Positions 24,150 to 32,000 of a stretch of DNA of 32,000 nucleotides are shown one piece after another (position 1 is the stretch's first letter; every line of letters starts with the position of its first letter). The stretch is from Candidatus Nitrosotenuis uzonensis (lineage in GTDB: Archaea; Thermoproteota; Nitrososphaeria; Nitrososphaerales; Nitrosopumilaceae). The DNA is taken from NCBI RefSeq assembly GCF_000723185.1, contig NZ_CBTY010000008.1, positions 172,677-204,676 on the forward strand, given 5' to 3'. The translations under genes and the position numbers were made by a program. The notes beneath the pieces are model-generated. The model was not told where the DNA came from. It saw only the letters and a list, made by a program, of their open reading frames with translations, and did not search any database.

Positions 24150-24617
24150 TTAATGCTTTCCAGGGATGGGCAGCAGCTTTGCGTCTGCAAGACCGGACTT
24201 TTTACGCTCCTCTTCGGTGATGTCCTTGAATTCTATTGAGATTATCCCTCTTAGCTTAAATCTTGATTCCATTTCCTTTGCGAGCTGGCCAATTTCCTTT
24301 CCTGTGTAGATCTCTTTGGAATTCTCAAGAAATACTCTGGTTCCCTTTTCTTTTGGCTCGCCACCGAATTTGTCCTTTAGGAATTTTGTGACTTCGTCGA
24401 CTTCTTTTTTTTCGACATTGTTGTGGTAAAATGCTATTCCCTTGATAGGTGTGTAATCAAGTGGTGTTCCGTTTCTGTACATGAATGTGCCGATAAATAT
24501 TGCCTCTGATTCGGGCTCTTTGACTCCCTTTATCTCCCAGTTCAGAACTTTGGCTGGATCATATTCTGCTTTTAGCATCTCATCAGCTGTCAGTTTCCAG
24601 TATCTATGTCGGCTCAC
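24150..24617 (-). CDS. Hypothetical protein (155 aa)
   Basis: Clean, charged, soluble-looking ORF transcribed divergently from purS. No recognised motifs. Confidence 0.65.
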   Translation of the reverse strand: MSRHRYWKLTADEMLKAEYDPAKVLNWEIKGVKEPESEAIFIGTFMYRNGTPLDYTPIKGIAFYHNNVEKKEVDEVTKFLKDKFGGEPKEKGTRVFLENSKEIYTGKEIGQLAKEMESRFKLRGIISIEFKDITEEERKKSGLADAKLLPIPGKH

Positions 24618-24687
24618 TTTAGTTTTAGAATCTACATTGCATTATAAATTAATACATTATACCATAACATCTATTCCCTGTTGTAGA

Positions 24688-24695
24688 TTATATTA
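24688..24695 (+). promoter_or_regulatory. TATA-like box of purS
   Basis: TTATATTA lies 22 nt upstream of the TTG start at 24718. Confidence 0.4.
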
Positions 24696-24717
24696 GAGCG
24701 AGGATAAATCCGACTCG

Positions 24718-24978
24718 TTGCCCCTCTTTGAAGTGCAAGTAATAATTGAAAACAAGCCGGGGATGAACGATCCCGAAGGAGAAACAATACTTAACGATCT
24801 TGTCCTCAAAGGCAGCTACTCGGAAGTCAAAAAAATCCGTTCTGCAAAAATGCTAAAATTTCATATTTCGTCCAAAACAAAAGACACAGCTGAAAAGACG
24901 ACAAAAAAGCTATGTGATGAGCTCAGGATATACAATCCCATGGTGAGCAAGGTCACCTTTTCTGCAAAACCGATCTAG
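24718..24978 (+). CDS. purS: Phosphoribosylformylglycinamidine synthase subunit PurS
   Basis: 86 aa. The pattern (V)QV....KPG..DPEG.T....L...G...V..VR..K is typical of PurS. The TTG start is forced, because the next in-frame Met would delete the first beta-strand. Confidence 0.88.
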   Translation: MPLFEVQVIIENKPGMNDPEGETILNDLVLKGSYSEVKKIRSAKMLKFHISSKTKDTAEKTTKKLCDELRIYNPMVSKVTFSAKPI

Positions 24979-25394
24979 TCTTCGCTTCCGATTCCTCTTA
25001 TGGTCTCATCGATTAACAACTTGCTTCTTAGGTACGCTGCAAGGTCTGTCTGGGTTATGACGCCGGCAAGCTTTCCTTCTTCGAGCACTATTAGCCTTCG
25101 AATGTTGTTATTTAGCATCTTTTGAACTGCGTCCTCTATGGCGGTGGTCGGCTCGACCCATCTGTATTTTGGTGACATTATGTCTGCCACCTTCAATTCA
25201 GAAGGTTTTTTGTCCTGGGCCACAAGCTTTCGCACAAAATCCGCCTCAGTTATAATTCCTACTGGGTTGTTTTGCTCTACGACTACCAGAAAACTAATGT
25301 CTTTTTCCTGAAGGAGTCTTGAGGCCTCAAGGCAGCTTTTCTCCTTTGAGATCGTAACTACGTGTTTGTTCATTATGTCTCTTACATATCCCAT
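24975..25394 (-). CDS. CBS domain pair protein
   Basis: Two CBS repeats: VRDIMNKHVVTI...PVGIITEADFVRKL and VADIMSPKYRWV...LAGVITQTDLAAYL. Confidence 0.88.
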   Translation of the reverse strand: MGYVRDIMNKHVVTISKEKSCLEASRLLQEKDISFLVVVEQNNPVGIITEADFVRKLVAQDKKPSELKVADIMSPKYRWVEPTTAIEDAVQKMLNNNIRRLIVLEEGKLAGVITQTDLAAYLRSKLLIDETIRGIGSED

Positions 25395-25445
25395 TATCCG
25401 TTTTGCCTATTTTGTAGATAAAAAAGATTTGTCATTCGATTATGG

Positions 25446-25452
25446 TTTAATA
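25446..25452 (+). promoter_or_regulatory. TATA-like box of the purQLF operon
   Basis: TTTAATA lies 22 nt upstream of the GTG start at 25475. Confidence 0.4.
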
Positions 25453-25474
25453 GTGCGGTCGGAGAACTTGATTT

Positions 25475-26155
25475 GTGAGAGTCGGCGTCATAGTTTTCCC
25501 CGGCAGCAACTGCGATCGGGATATGTATCATGTACTAAAGGACGTCTTCAATCTAGATGTCCAGTATTTCTGGCACGAGGACAAACTTCCAAAGAATCTT
25601 GACGCAGTCGTGCTTCCTGGCGGATTCTCCTATGGAGACAGGCTGAGGGCCGGAGTCATCGCAGCCCACAGTCCTGTAATTGCCGATGTAAAAAAAATGG
25701 CTGATAAGGGAATGCCAGTTCTAGGCGTCTGCAACGGCTTTCAAATCCTAGTGGAATCAGAACTGCTCCCAGGCGTATTGCTAAGAAACACTTCGCTGAA
25801 CTTTATGTGCAGATGGACTGAGTTAATAGTGGAAAACAATAGAACGCCGTTTACCAGTCAGTTTGAGCTAAAACAAAGAATCCCAATACCAATTGCAAAC
25901 GGGGAAGGCCGTTACTATGTTGACAAGGCGACTCTGGCAGTACTCAAGAAAAATAATCAGATAGTATTCAGATATGGCGAGAACATCAACGATTCAGTAT
26001 TTGACATAGCAGGAATATGCAACAAAGAGGGAAACGTCGTTGGCATGATGCCCCATCCGGAGCGCGCCGTGGAAGCGGAGATAAACCCCAAAGACAGCCG
26101 ACCTTCAAACCTGATATTTGAATCCCTGATAGCCACTGTCGGTGCAAGACGATGA
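25475..26155 (+). CDS. purQ: Phosphoribosylformylglycinamidine synthase, glutaminase subunit PurQ
   Basis: [15 protein letters not shown] at the N-terminus, GVCNGFQIL (catalytic Cys) and MMPHPER (His/Glu). GTG start. It has an ATGA overlap with purL. Confidence 0.92.
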   Translation: MRVGVIVFPGSNCDRDMYHVLKDVFNLDVQYFWHEDKLPKNLDAVVLPGGFSYGDRLRAGVIAAHSPVIADVKKMADKGMPVLGVCNGFQILVESELLPGVLLRNTSLNFMCRWTELIVENNRTPFTSQFELKQRIPIPIANGEGRYYVDKATLAVLKKNNQIVFRYGENINDSVFDIAGICNKEGNVVGMMPHPERAVEAEINPKDSRPSNLIFESLIATVGARR

Positions 26156-28317
26156 GCCTCCATCCGCAAGAACTCGAATACCTGACAAAGAAAATCGGTC
26201 GTACGCCAAATGAGACTGAAACGCATATAGTGGCAGCAGAGTGGTCGGAGCACTGCTCTTACAAATCATCAAAAATACACCTGAAAATGCTTCCCACATC
26301 GGGTCCGCGAGTAATTCATGAAAAAGGATACGATTCCGGGGTCCTTGACGTGGGAGATGGTTATGTGGTAACAGTTCACATTGAAAGTCACAACCATCCG
26401 TCTGCAGTTGAGCCGTATGGGGGTGCTGCCACAGGAGTGGGCGGTGTGATAAGGGACATACTGTCTGCTGGCACAAGACCGATTGCAATACTTGATGGAT
26501 TACGATTTGGAAATATAGAAAAGGACTCTCATGCCCGCTGGCTTTTCAAGAACGCCGTGACTGGAATCGCCGATTATGGCAACTGCCTTGGCATCCCTAC
26601 CGTTGGAGGGGAGGTAGAGTTCGATGAATGTTATACAAATTATGCACTAGTTGATGTCGCATCGGTGGGTTTTGGAAAAAAAGAAAATCTATTCAAAAAT
26701 CATGCAGAGCCTGGTGACGTGGTAGTCCTAATGGGCGGCTCTACCGGCCGGGACGGAATAGGAGGAGCGCAGTTTGCCTCTGATTCTCTTGAAACGGAAG
26801 ACCGCTCAGCTGTGCAGATTCCAGACCCATTCATTGAAAAACTGATAATAGAGGCAACACTTGAGGCGCGAAACAAAGGCTGCATCAAGGCAATCAAGGA
26901 TCTTGGGGGTGGAGGCCTATCTTGCGCAGTTTCAGAAACTGCCGATGCACTGGGTGTGGGAATAGAACTTGACGTAGCCCAAGTCCACCTAAGAGAGCAG
27001 AACATGAAGCCATCTGAAATAATGACATCCGAGTCGCAGGAGCGAATGCTGATAATCACTGATAAGAAAAAACTCGCTACACTGCAACAGATCTGCAAGC
27101 GGTTCAGGATAAGCTGCTCTGTAATAGGAAAGGTAACTGGCGATAAAATAATGAAGGTCAGGGAAAAAAACACCGTACTTGCTTCAATGCCGGCGGAAAT
27201 TGTTGCAAACGCGCCTCTGCTTGATAGGCCATCAAAAAGACCTGCATATATTGACGAGCTAAAAAAGAAAAAAGAACCAAAGCCTGCCCTCGATATGACA
27301 AGAACACTTCTGAGGCTTCTTGCAAGTCCAAACATTGCAAGCAAGTCGTGGGTGTATGGCCAGTACGACCATGAAGTGGGAATAAGAACTGTTGTAAAGC
27401 CAGGAGTAGATTCGGCAGTACTGCGACTGGACAACGGAAAATATCTTGCAGTAAAGATAGACGGCAATCCCAAGCACTGCTATCTTGATCCAAGACATGG
27501 CGCTATTGGCTGCTTTGAGGAAGCGTGCAGAAATGTAGTGTGCACGGGAGCCACACCAATAGGAATGGTGGACCACCTGCAGTTTGGAAACCCCGAAAAC
27601 CCGGAAATATTCTGGACATTTCTAGAATCCCTCAAGGGAATAACCGAATTCTCAAAATATTATGGCATACCATGTGTTGGCGGCAAGGTGAGCCTTTACA
27701 ACGAGACGCCGCAAGGCCCAATCAAGCCAACACCGCTGATCGGCGTGCTAGGACTCATCGACAAAAACCCGCTCAAACCGCAAAAAATAGTGGACAACGA
27801 TGTGCTGTTGTTGGTGGGTAGAACAAAGGATGAGCTTGGCGGCTCTGAATACTATGAGTACATACACAAATTCATCGGAGGCCATTGTCCTCAAGTTGAC
27901 ATGAGGGAATCAAAAAAGAACATGGATGCAGTGCTCCATCTGATACAAAACGCAAAATTAAAGGCAGCACACGACTGCTCAAAGGGCGGATTTGCGGTCG
28001 CGGCAAGCGAGATTGCAATGACTAGCGACATAGGCTGCACAATATCGCTTGAGAATGTACCACAGGACAAAATATCTTGTGATAAACTGTTATTCTCAGA
28101 GAGCCACTCGCGGTATCTTCTGGTGGTAGAACCTGCAAACCTTGACTCCGTCGTGGAATATCTTCGAGAATGCAAGGTAGAATTTGGCCTTGTTGGAAGA
28201 TTCCACGGCAAAGAAATAGAGATACTGCATAAGAAAAAGCCGATTGCAAAACTAAGGGTTGATAAAGCACATGACAAGTGGTTTAATTCACTGAGGGATC
28301 TGGTGCTTCATGGTTAA
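26152..28317 (+). CDS. purL: Phosphoribosylformylglycinamidine synthase subunit PurL (FGAM synthase II)
   Basis: 721 aa containing [36 protein letters not shown] and duplicated AIR-synthase-like domains. Confidence 0.95.
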   Translation: MSLHPQELEYLTKKIGRTPNETETHIVAAEWSEHCSYKSSKIHLKMLPTSGPRVIHEKGYDSGVLDVGDGYVVTVHIESHNHPSAVEPYGGAATGVGGVIRDILSAGTRPIAILDGLRFGNIEKDSHARWLFKNAVTGIADYGNCLGIPTVGGEVEFDECYTNYALVDVASVGFGKKENLFKNHAEPGDVVVLMGGSTGRDGIGGAQFASDSLETEDRSAVQIPDPFIEKLIIEATLEARNKGCIKAIKDLGGGGLSCAVSETADALGVGIELDVAQVHLREQNMKPSEIMTSESQERMLIITDKKKLATLQQICKRFRISCSVIGKVTGDKIMKVREKNTVLASMPAEIVANAPLLDRPSKRPAYIDELKKKKEPKPALDMTRTLLRLLASPNIASKSWVYGQYDHEVGIRTVVKPGVDSAVLRLDNGKYLAVKIDGNPKHCYLDPRHGAIGCFEEACRNVVCTGATPIGMVDHLQFGNPENPEIFWTFLESLKGITEFSKYYGIPCVGGKVSLYNETPQGPIKPTPLIGVLGLIDKNPLKPQKIVDNDVLLLVGRTKDELGGSEYYEYIHKFIGGHCPQVDMRESKKNMDAVLHLIQNAKLKAAHDCSKGGFAVAASEIAMTSDIGCTISLENVPQDKISCDKLLFSESHSRYLLVVEPANLDSVVEYLRECKVEFGLVGRFHGKEIEILHKKKPIAKLRVDKAHDKWFNSLRDLVLHG

Positions 28318-29740
28318 AGAGAACTGTGGCGTTGTTGGTATTTTCAGCAGCGACGGTGTGAACGTAATTCCGATGGTAATTGATGCATTAAGGGCACTAC
28401 AACATCGGGGTCAGGAAGCATGGGGAATTGCAGTTCCAAAAAAATCGCCAATAAAACGCCTAGGTCTTGTATCGTCAGCATCACACGAATTTCAAAAGAT
28501 AACTGAAGATTATGCATCGCCTGCAGCAATAGGCCATGTGAGATATTCGACAGTAGGCAAAAGCAACCTTGAGAATGCGCAGCCATTGAAAGTAAAGGAT
28601 CTGTGTATTGCGCACAATGGAACTATAGCAAACGTTGCAGAGCTTGCAAACCTTGTAGGAGGATGCACGTTTACACCACAGAATGCAAGCGACACGCTCA
28701 TTGCAGCACAGCGTCTTGTATCACTAATGTCTACTAACGGCAAGCTCGGCAGCGCATTATCTATTTTGAAAAACGAGATGGCCGGCTCCTATTGCTTTAC
28801 TTTTGTATCTGATGACAATGCCGTTTATGCGGCACGCGACCCTCGTGGCTTCAGGCCCATGGTTCTTGGCTCAAAGGAGGAGGGTGGCGTAAGCATAGTT
28901 GCATCAGAATCATCGGCCCTTACTGCCATAGGTGCAAAACTTGTCCGTGATGTTGTTCCAGGCGAGCTGCTCAAGTTTAGCAACAACGGAATGGAATCGG
29001 AAATGTTCTCTGAGGAAAAAAAGCGAGCCCACTGCTCGTTTGAGTTTACGTATTTTGCGCACCCTACATCAAGAATGGAGGGAACAAACATCTATGTGGC
29101 AAGAAAAAGGATTGGCCAGTTCCTTGCAAGAAAGTTTCCAATAAAGGATGCCGACCTTGTAATTCCGGTGCCTGACTCTGCAAGGCCCGCTGCCCTCGGA
29201 TATGCGCAGGAGCTTGGGCTACCTTTTGATGAGGGACTACTAAAAGACAGATATAGCAAAAAAGGTCCACTGCGCAGCTTTATCGAACCGCACCAGAGTG
29301 ATAGAGTGGAGATAAACCGCTGGATAATCCCGATAACAGATATAATTTCAGGAAAGCACGTAGTTGTAATTGATGATAGTCTTGTGCGCGGCACAAGCTC
29401 AAAAGCAATCATAAAAGCACTCAGACGGGCTGGGGCAAGCAAGATAAGCATGTTGATAACGTATCCTCCAATAAAATACCCCTGTTATGCAGGAATTGAT
29501 TTTCCGTCACAGGATGAGCTTGCAACGGGAATTATTGATGGTGTGACTGATGAACAGATCATCGAAAAAATAAGGAGCGATATCGGGGCTGACTTTTTAG
29601 GATACAACGACGCAGAGAATCTAGCAAACGCGGTGGGAATACCGCATAACTCTATGTGCTTTACATGCACCACCGGAGACTATGCCACACTCGGAATAAA
29701 GCCAACATTCAAAACCCGTGCAGAAGTCAAGGGTGAATAG
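28310..29740 (+). CDS. purF: Amidophosphoribosyltransferase PurF
   Basis: The N-terminal MVKEN propeptide is followed by CGVVGIF (Ntn catalytic Cys). The PRTase motif VVVIDDSLVRGTSS is present, and C-terminal Cys residues are consistent with an Fe-S type PurF. Confidence 0.95.
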   Translation: MVKENCGVVGIFSSDGVNVIPMVIDALRALQHRGQEAWGIAVPKKSPIKRLGLVSSASHEFQKITEDYASPAAIGHVRYSTVGKSNLENAQPLKVKDLCIAHNGTIANVAELANLVGGCTFTPQNASDTLIAAQRLVSLMSTNGKLGSALSILKNEMAGSYCFTFVSDDNAVYAARDPRGFRPMVLGSKEEGGVSIVASESSALTAIGAKLVRDVVPGELLKFSNNGMESEMFSEEKKRAHCSFEFTYFAHPTSRMEGTNIYVARKRIGQFLARKFPIKDADLVIPVPDSARPAALGYAQELGLPFDEGLLKDRYSKKGPLRSFIEPHQSDRVEINRWIIPITDIISGKHVVVIDDSLVRGTSSKAIIKALRRAGASKISMLITYPPIKYPCYAGIDFPSQDELATGIIDGVTDEQIIEKIRSDIGADFLGYNDAENLANAVGIPHNSMCFTCTTGDYATLGIKPTFKTRAEVKGE

Positions 29741-29986
29741 ATGGAAATAGCATTCGTTCTTGTAAAGTGTGAAATGGCGCACGAAATGGATGTCATGCGA
29801 GAAATCCTAAAGATCGATGGTGTAAAGGAAGCACACGGCACATACGGCATGTATGATATTTTTGTAAAGGTGCAGGGCCCATCACACAAAGAAGTATCAG
29901 AAATTGTTACAAAAAAACTAAGAAGAATACCGAACGTCATTTCAACTACCACGCTCTCTACAATTCCAGAACAGGGCGGCAAATAA
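29741..29986 (+). CDS. Stand-alone Lrp/AsnC-type ligand-binding (RAM) domain protein, 81 aa
   Basis: MEIAFVLVKCE...VMREILKIDGVKEAHGTYGMYDIFVKV....KEVSEIVTKKLRRIPNVISTTTL fits the beta-alpha-beta-beta-alpha-beta RAM domain, and there is no HTH. The ATG directly abuts the purF TAG. Confidence 0.8.
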   Translation: MEIAFVLVKCEMAHEMDVMREILKIDGVKEAHGTYGMYDIFVKVQGPSHKEVSEIVTKKLRRIPNVISTTTLSTIPEQGGK

Positions 29987-30127
29987 TTTCTACAATCAGA
30001 ATTCGGTTTGTTTGATTTTAAAGTATTCTTGTTACAACGTATGATGGTAGGATAGTAACTTTTAAGTTCTTCCAAATCATACAAATAGAATGGAGGGAAG
30101 ATCATCAATAAGACGATACATGCCGTC

Positions 30128-31906
30128 TTGTTGTGTTTAATTCCGGCACTAATCATTACAATCACATACGGGGAGCATCTGGCTGCTCAAGAATACAGTA
30201 GAATAATTGAACAAAAAGAAGCAAAGACATTGCCAATCGTTTCTAGATTTGAAACTGAACTGCTGGATATTGTTTCGTTAATTGAGATAACTGCAAAACA
30301 GGACAGTGTCACGACTCCCCCCGATCCAAGTCTGCTAGTTTCCAAACTTCATGGAGTTGGAGAATATGACGAATTGGAAAAGCGAGCTTTGGCAAAAACC
30401 ATACTGTATAATCGAAATGACATTGACACGGTATTTTTCGTACTTCCAAACGGCGATATGTACATGATCGAACCATATCAAAGACAGCTTGATGTGGTTT
30501 CGACCAACTTTGCTTTCAGAGATTGGTATATCGGTTTGATGAAGACAAACGGCACGTATGTGAGTGAGCTATTCTCACCGCAAGGAAAGACTTACAACAC
30601 CATCGGAATTGTAACTCCCGTAAAGTCCCCATCGGGCGAATTTGTTGGAATATGGGGGGCGCTTATCAATCTTGACGAATGGACAAATCAGTTTGCGTCT
30701 ATAAAGCTGAACAAAAATGAGTATGTCTTTCTAGTTGATCATAATGGAAATCTGATCGTTGATTCTAGGAACAGAGCCTATAAAGTAATGGATTCTCTAC
30801 TGCATTTGAAAAGTGTTAATGAAGTGTTAAAAAGAAAATCTGGAACTGTAGTTGAAACACTACATGGTTCTGAAATGTTTGTAATGTATGTGCCAATCAT
30901 CGTTGGAAGCCACACATGGGGAATTATTGTGGCCGAACCGCATTCTAACGTGTTTTCAAGTATTAACTCAATTCGCTTTTATTATGTAATGACAACAGCG
31001 GTAATACTATCTGTCGCTTTAATTGCAATCCTATCTGTGAGAAGATTTGCAAAGAGAGGATGGTTCTGGTCGCAAGATATCGAAAAGATCTGGCAGATGG
31101 AGGATATAGATCCACTATCCCGAGAAATACCTTCTATCAAAACACTGCCTCGAAAATCAAACCGTATGACCCTCTTTGCTATCTTAACAGGATTTCTTAT
31201 GGTGGCAAGCGTACTATATTTCTTGTATGTGCCTCAAATTGTTCCTCTTGAAGAGATGAAGAGTGCCTTTGTGGTACAGAATCTTAGGGGCGATACGATA
31301 GATACATGGGTCAATTGGAAAATTTCGGCAGGCGATCTGTTTCATATCCATGTGATGGATTCACAGGAGCTAACAGAGAGCAGACTTAAAATCATAAACA
31401 ATGTAATCAACTCAAGGGAAACTGTCACTGTGGATGATTCATTACTGCACAAGGGCCTGCATGGAACTTCGTCCGTGTATTATGTTGGATGGCGCGGAGC
31501 ACTTGAAAGCCTCTCTAATATACGTACAAAATATCCAATTCCAATTACACTACATACCATTACAACAGATGAGGGAGATGGACACATTGTAATACGACTC
31601 AGCGACCTTAGAAGCTCAGACGGATATTCCGGATACACAAAATCATATGTTGATGAGGAAAATCATCAGATACTAAAATCTGTAATTACGATATATGATG
31701 TTAATAACATAACTGACGAACAACTCGCGATCATTTTACGACATGAGATTGGCCATGGACTGGGATTGGGCCACTCAACTGCTCCAGAAGATCTGATGGC
31801 ACCAACAATAACCACACCGTACCCATACATATCCGAATGTGCGCTTGATGCTTTAATCGATTTGTATAATGGAAATGCAAAAAGCCAATTTGTATGTGAA
31901 AAATAA
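30128..31906 (+). CDS. Membrane protein: double-Cache-like sensor domain fused to a C-terminal metzincin zinc protease
   Basis: TTG start. An N-terminal anchor is followed by a Cache-like region (NFAFRDWYIGLMKTNGTYVSELFSP...IGIVTPVKSPSGEFVGIWGALINLDEW...YVFLVDHNGNLIVDS), then two TM helices. HEIGHGLGLGHS...LMAP is encoded at 31743-31775. Confidence 0.85.
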   Translation: MLCLIPALIITITYGEHLAAQEYSRIIEQKEAKTLPIVSRFETELLDIVSLIEITAKQDSVTTPPDPSLLVSKLHGVGEYDELEKRALAKTILYNRNDIDTVFFVLPNGDMYMIEPYQRQLDVVSTNFAFRDWYIGLMKTNGTYVSELFSPQGKTYNTIGIVTPVKSPSGEFVGIWGALINLDEWTNQFASIKLNKNEYVFLVDHNGNLIVDSRNRAYKVMDSLLHLKSVNEVLKRKSGTVVETLHGSEMFVMYVPIIVGSHTWGIIVAEPHSNVFSSINSIRFYYVMTTAVILSVALIAILSVRRFAKRGWFWSQDIEKIWQMEDIDPLSREIPSIKTLPRKSNRMTLFAILTGFLMVASVLYFLYVPQIVPLEEMKSAFVVQNLRGDTIDTWVNWKISAGDLFHIHVMDSQELTESRLKIINNVINSRETVTVDDSLLHKGLHGTSSVYYVGWRGALESLSNIRTKYPIPITLHTITTDEGDGHIVIRLSDLRSSDGYSGYTKSYVDEENHQILKSVITIYDVNNITDEQLAIILRHEIGHGLGLGHSTAPEDLMAPTITTPYPYISECALDALIDLYNGNAKSQFVCEK

Positions 31907-32000
31907 TATCTGCTACAAGAAAAGCTAATCTTAATAGTCAGAATTTTGCTCTTACTCTGATGGCTGTATACAGATATCTTGTGATTGTGGCCGCTGCCGC

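Noticed and set aside
26700-27576. Minus-strand ORFs of 257, 111 and 105 aa inside purL
   Set aside because: These are antisense shadow ORFs of a high-confidence gene, and the translations look non-proteinaceous (S/F/R-rich).
29680-30165. 161-aa minus-strand ORF spanning the purF end, the RAM gene and the upstream region of the Cache-metzincin gene
   Set aside because: It overlaps two plus-strand genes with recognisable domains, and its translation has no motifs.
1-32000. Scan for CRISPR arrays, IS elements or transposases, integrases, tRNA or rRNA genes, and riboswitch-like leaders upstream of the pur genes
   Set aside because: I saw no regularly spaced direct repeats outside the FN3 gene, no transposase or integrase motifs in any frame, and no GC-rich cloverleaf-like segments in intergenic regions. 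The pur upstream regions are too short (under 100 nt) and AT-rich for a purine riboswitch.

Overview
Very gene-dense, AT-leaning archaeal chromosomal segment. All calls below come from reading the supplied translations and DNA by eye; no database search was run.

The recognisable core genes are aEF-2 (5'-truncated by the window edge), archaeal ATP-grasp PurP, purS/purQ/purL/purF, TatA/TatC, UbiX, MsrA, Tag and HtpX. Several secreted proteins carry motifs I associate with ammonia-oxidising Thaumarchaeota (Nitrosopumilales-like). That taxonomic call is inference.

Genome style:
- A/T-rich TATA-like boxes sit about 20-30 nt upstream of start codons, suggesting leaderless or near-leaderless transcripts.
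- Many start codons are forced TTG or GTG.
- Co-directional genes overlap by 4-13 nt.
- Four convergent gene pairs share a palindromic CTAG stop/stop overlap.

I found no rRNA, tRNA, CRISPR array, transposase, integrase or obvious prophage or defence island.

Non-housekeeping content:
- Three secreted metzincin (HExxHxxGxxH plus Met-turn) zinc proteases, each with a different N-terminal module. One is fused to a double-Cache-like sensor domain.
- A 1113-aa surface protein with 8 tandem FN3 domains and an unusual C-terminal anchoring module.
- A polytopic membrane protein with intramembrane CC and CPTC motifs.
- Several sub-60-aa ORFs absent from the ORF track that have their own TATA boxes or terminators: a 40-aa protein with 9 Cys, a 59-aa DUF1059-like protein, a 21-aa Lys-rich peptide, a 35-aa FCS-type Zn finger and a 55-aa Zn ribbon.

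I do not see a convincing multi-gene novel system. The best candidates for something undescribed are the Cache-metzincin fusion and the small metal-binding-looking gene pair at 2.08-2.5 kb.
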